IMG/VR virus record: IMGVR_UViG_3300017655_000019
Coordinates: 1 to 27,429 of that record
DNA: 27,429 nt
DNA from: a virus
Taxonomy: Duplodnaviria > Caudoviricetes
Reading direction: 5' to 3' (one strand)
Below are positions 25,186 to 27,429 of the stretch, piece by piece; the first letter of the stretch is position 1, and every line of letters begins with the position of its first letter. The translations under genes and the position numbers were made by a program. Under the pieces are notes generated by a model. The model did not search any database. It was not told the DNA's origin and saw nothing but the letters and a program-made list of their open reading frames with translations.

Positions 25186-26517
25186 CTAGACGTTGGAGAG
25201 CGTGAACGTGCTTCCGTCAAGCATCAGCTCAGTAAGAGCCCACACGAGAGCGTCGGCACGGTCTGGAGATCCATCCCCGAGATATCCCGAGGGGGTGAAA
25301 TTGCACATCTGGTCTTCAAGATCGGGGAAGTCACCGACATGGTGAACTTTACCCTGCTCATAGAGGGCGCTGATAGGCTCCGCTCGGACCGCTTTGCCCC
25401 GGCTCGCAACCACTTCCTTGAACGCCGCCGTATTGTCGGCCGTCGAAACCGTGAAGCGAACCATATCGCCACCGAAGTTTCGTTCTCCGATGATGCGGTT
25501 CGCCTGGTGACGATGGTAGAGTTCAACAGCCCGTCTGCCCCATCCTTCCGGGGACATCTGACAGGTTCCATCCTCGATGACGTAACCGTGCCCGTCTATA
25601 CCGACGCCTGCGACTATGATGCCGATATCGTCGCCCGCGCCATCGCCGCGCGTGCCCGATGGGTCCACTGAGACGACGATGCGGCGCATCTCCGGCAGTG
25701 TTGCCACCCGGAGACTATCAATCCCCGGCATGGTCTTGCCGTCAGGTGCCTTGCGGTCCTCCAGCGCCCATAGCGCACCGCTGACCTCGCTTGCCCACTC
25801 CCCTGCCTCGAAACGTAGCCGTTTGGCCGCTGACATTGAGGCGAGAACGTCGAAATATTCCGGCGGCAAGTTATCGACGTTGTCGGCAGGGTTCACCTGC
25901 ATCTCGACGTAGTCTTCCGGCTTCGCCAGCGCCTCCTTCGTTCCGGGCTTCATCTTGGCCCGGAACATCTGGTAGCTCCAATGGAGCTTAGATGGCGGGT
26001 TGCAGTCGAAGTAGGCCTTCAAAGCAAGATACGTGCGGCCTGCCGCCAAGGCGATTGCCGGGGCCAGCTTGCACTTCTGCGCCAGGCGCGACATTGCCGT
26101 TTCGACCGACGCCCAAGGAATCTGGCTGCTCTCGTTGAAATAGAGCGTGGCGTATTCCTGCCCGAGGATCTTCTCGACCCGCTCCTTATCGTCCAGGCCT
26201 GCAATCCATATCTGCGATCCGTTCGGCAGTTCGACGTAAAAGTCCGTCTTGTCGAACCGCACCCGAAGGGACGGGAAACACAGCGACAGCACCTTCGGCA
26301 ATGTGTCCGACCATACCGACGTCTTGGCGTGGTTGAACCTAAAACGGAAGATGACATGGCGCGATCCAGGTGCGTTGATGGCTCGCTGGATGAGCGCGCG
26401 CACCAGAACGAAGGTCTTTCCGGATCGAGACCCGCCGCGCAGCATGATATTGCGGGCCGGCCCTGCCAGGAGGCGGTTAGCCTCTCGCTGCTTCTCCGTA
26501 AGTTTTGCTGGTTCCAT
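25186..26517 (-). CDS. terL: Terminase large subunit
   Basis: Walker A GGSRSGKT, Walker B-like LYFNE, DCNP coupling motif, and RNase H-like nuclease VSVDPS...SPDRADA. Confidence 0.93.
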   Translation of the reverse strand: MEPAKLTEKQREANRLLAGPARNIMLRGGSRSGKTFVLVRALIQRAINAPGSRHVIFRFRFNHAKTSVWSDTLPKVLSLCFPSLRVRFDKTDFYVELPNGSQIWIAGLDDKERVEKILGQEYATLYFNESSQIPWASVETAMSRLAQKCKLAPAIALAAGRTYLALKAYFDCNPPSKLHWSYQMFRAKMKPGTKEALAKPEDYVEMQVNPADNVDNLPPEYFDVLASMSAAKRLRFEAGEWASEVSGALWALEDRKAPDGKTMPGIDSLRVATLPEMRRIVVSVDPSGTRGDGAGDDIGIIVAGVGIDGHGYVIEDGTCQMSPEGWGRRAVELYHRHQANRIIGERNFGGDMVRFTVSTADNTAAFKEVVASRGKAVRAEPISALYEQGKVHHVGDFPDLEDQMCNFTPSGYLGDGSPDRADALVWALTELMLDGSTFTLSNV

Positions 26518-26520
26518 GCA

Positions 26521-27066
26521 TCACAGATTGGCATCCTCTGCGGATACGGTCAGGTTCATCTCGCCAGAGTGCTCATGCTTCTCGACGATGAAGCCCATGA
26601 GCTTTGCGAGGTCCATCAGTGCCGCGCGCTTGTCGTGCATCTTGATCTTCACGCCGGTCTGAGTGAGTGAAACTTCTGACACAGCGGCGGCGGCCTCATC
26701 GCTGATCATGTCGCTCGGGACCAACTCGACGGGGTAGATGCCCAAACCGTTCGGGCTCGCATTCTCGGATTCGGTATCGACCGGGCTTCGGCCCCAGCGG
26801 ACAGCCTCACGGATGTCGAGGAAGGCGATCTTCGCTAGCTCGGCGGCAACACGCTCTTTCGTGATGGCGAGCTTGTCTATAACGCGCTCATTCACCTTGC
26901 CGGTGATCTCATCGACGCGCGCTGCAATGCTTTCATTTGCTTTCATTCGGGCGGCATTGCCACGGTTGGGTTTGTACCCGGCATCCTGATAAGCTTCGTC
27001 GGCCGTCTTGCCTTTGGCCACGGCCTGCGCGAACTTCTCATGCCGGGCATTTTTGAGAACTGGCAT
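26521..27066 (-). CDS. terS: Terminase small subunit
   Basis: MPVLKNARHEKFAQ...AYQDAGY HTH, ELAKIAF, KIKMHDK. Directly upstream of terL. Confidence 0.9.
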   Translation of the reverse strand: MPVLKNARHEKFAQAVAKGKTADEAYQDAGYKPNRGNAARMKANESIAARVDEITGKVNERVIDKLAITKERVAAELAKIAFLDIREAVRWGRSPVDTESENASPNGLGIYPVELVPSDMISDEAAAAVSEVSLTQTGVKIKMHDKRAALMDLAKLMGFIVEKHEHSGEMNLTVSAEDANL

Positions 27067-27088
27067 AGTCTAAACCTTGGAGGTTCCA

Positions 27089-27292
27089 ATGAGGCTCGTA
27101 CAATTTACTCGCACGTCACCGGCTGGCGCCCCAGTTTCGGTCAATCCCGAGTTGGTAGCGGCCGTTATTACGGCTGGGGATAAAACCGTGATCCAATTCG
27201 CCGCCCCAAACGGAGATGGAAGCCTCGCGTATTACGTCCAGGAGAACTACGATCATGTCGTCGCTGCCCTGCAAGGCGAGGCCATCTACTGA
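27089..27292 (+). CDS. Small hypothetical protein (67 aa), weak FlbD/SwrD-like pattern
   Basis: GGAGG RBS before ATG27089. MRLVQFTR...VSVNPELVAAV...TVIQF...YVQENYDHV. Confidence 0.7.
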   Translation: MRLVQFTRTSPAGAPVSVNPELVAAVITAGDKTVIQFAAPNGDGSLAYYVQENYDHVVAALQGEAIY

Positions 27293-27352
27293 TAGCGACG
27301 CGCATCTGAGAAGCCGGACCTAAGCCCGGCTCTCGTTTCGGGTGGGCGGGGG

Positions 27353-27429
27353 TTAGGCGGTACTTCGCCCGGCGAGGATAGGCTCCATGGCCTGACGGTG
27401 AAGCATGATCTCGTAGCGCGCGATCTGGA
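27353..27429 (-). CDS. 3' end of an upstream gene (partial)
   Basis: Open frame QIARYEIMLHRQAMEPILAGRSTA* with GC3-rich codons running in from the window edge. Confidence 0.4.
   Translation of the reverse strand, partial: QIARYEIMLHRQAMEPILAGRSTA

Noticed and set aside
26120-26160. Terminase Walker B reads LYFNE rather than hhhhDE
   Set aside because: All other motifs are intact and I recall NE variants in related terminases, so this is not evidence of inactivation.
1-27429. CRISPR array, diversity-generating retroelement, invertible fibre cassette or IS element
   Set aside because: By eye I found no repeat-spacer array, reverse transcriptase, duplicated fibre 3' end, invertase or transposase. 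A self dot-plot would be needed to exclude short repeats.

Overview
About 27.4 kb of a temperate siphovirus-type (pro)phage, probably from a Rhizobiales host (inferred from gene content). The late operon runs on the minus strand from terminase through portal, DUF2213 protease/scaffold, capsid, head-tail connectors, tail tube, frameshifted chaperones, tape measure, tail tip and tail fibre to the lysis cassette. The left edge carries a 12-nt tRNA-Met-like att core. The main observations are: (1) the portal ends in a 2H-phosphoesterase domain resembling T4 Acb1 (anti-CBASS); (2) the endolysin locus holds three stacked gene starts: a dead GH24 start, a dead GH108 start cut by an antisense HNH gene, and a recoded working GH108 start; (3) an ORF reads through the att core and is ATGA-coupled to three small genes, one with a HEPN-like RNxxxH motif; (4) a sugar-nucleotide reductase plus putative glycosyltransferase moron sits beside the tail fibre; (5) several small antisense or membrane-peptide genes interrupt the structural operon. 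All family assignments come from motif recognition and memory, not database searches.
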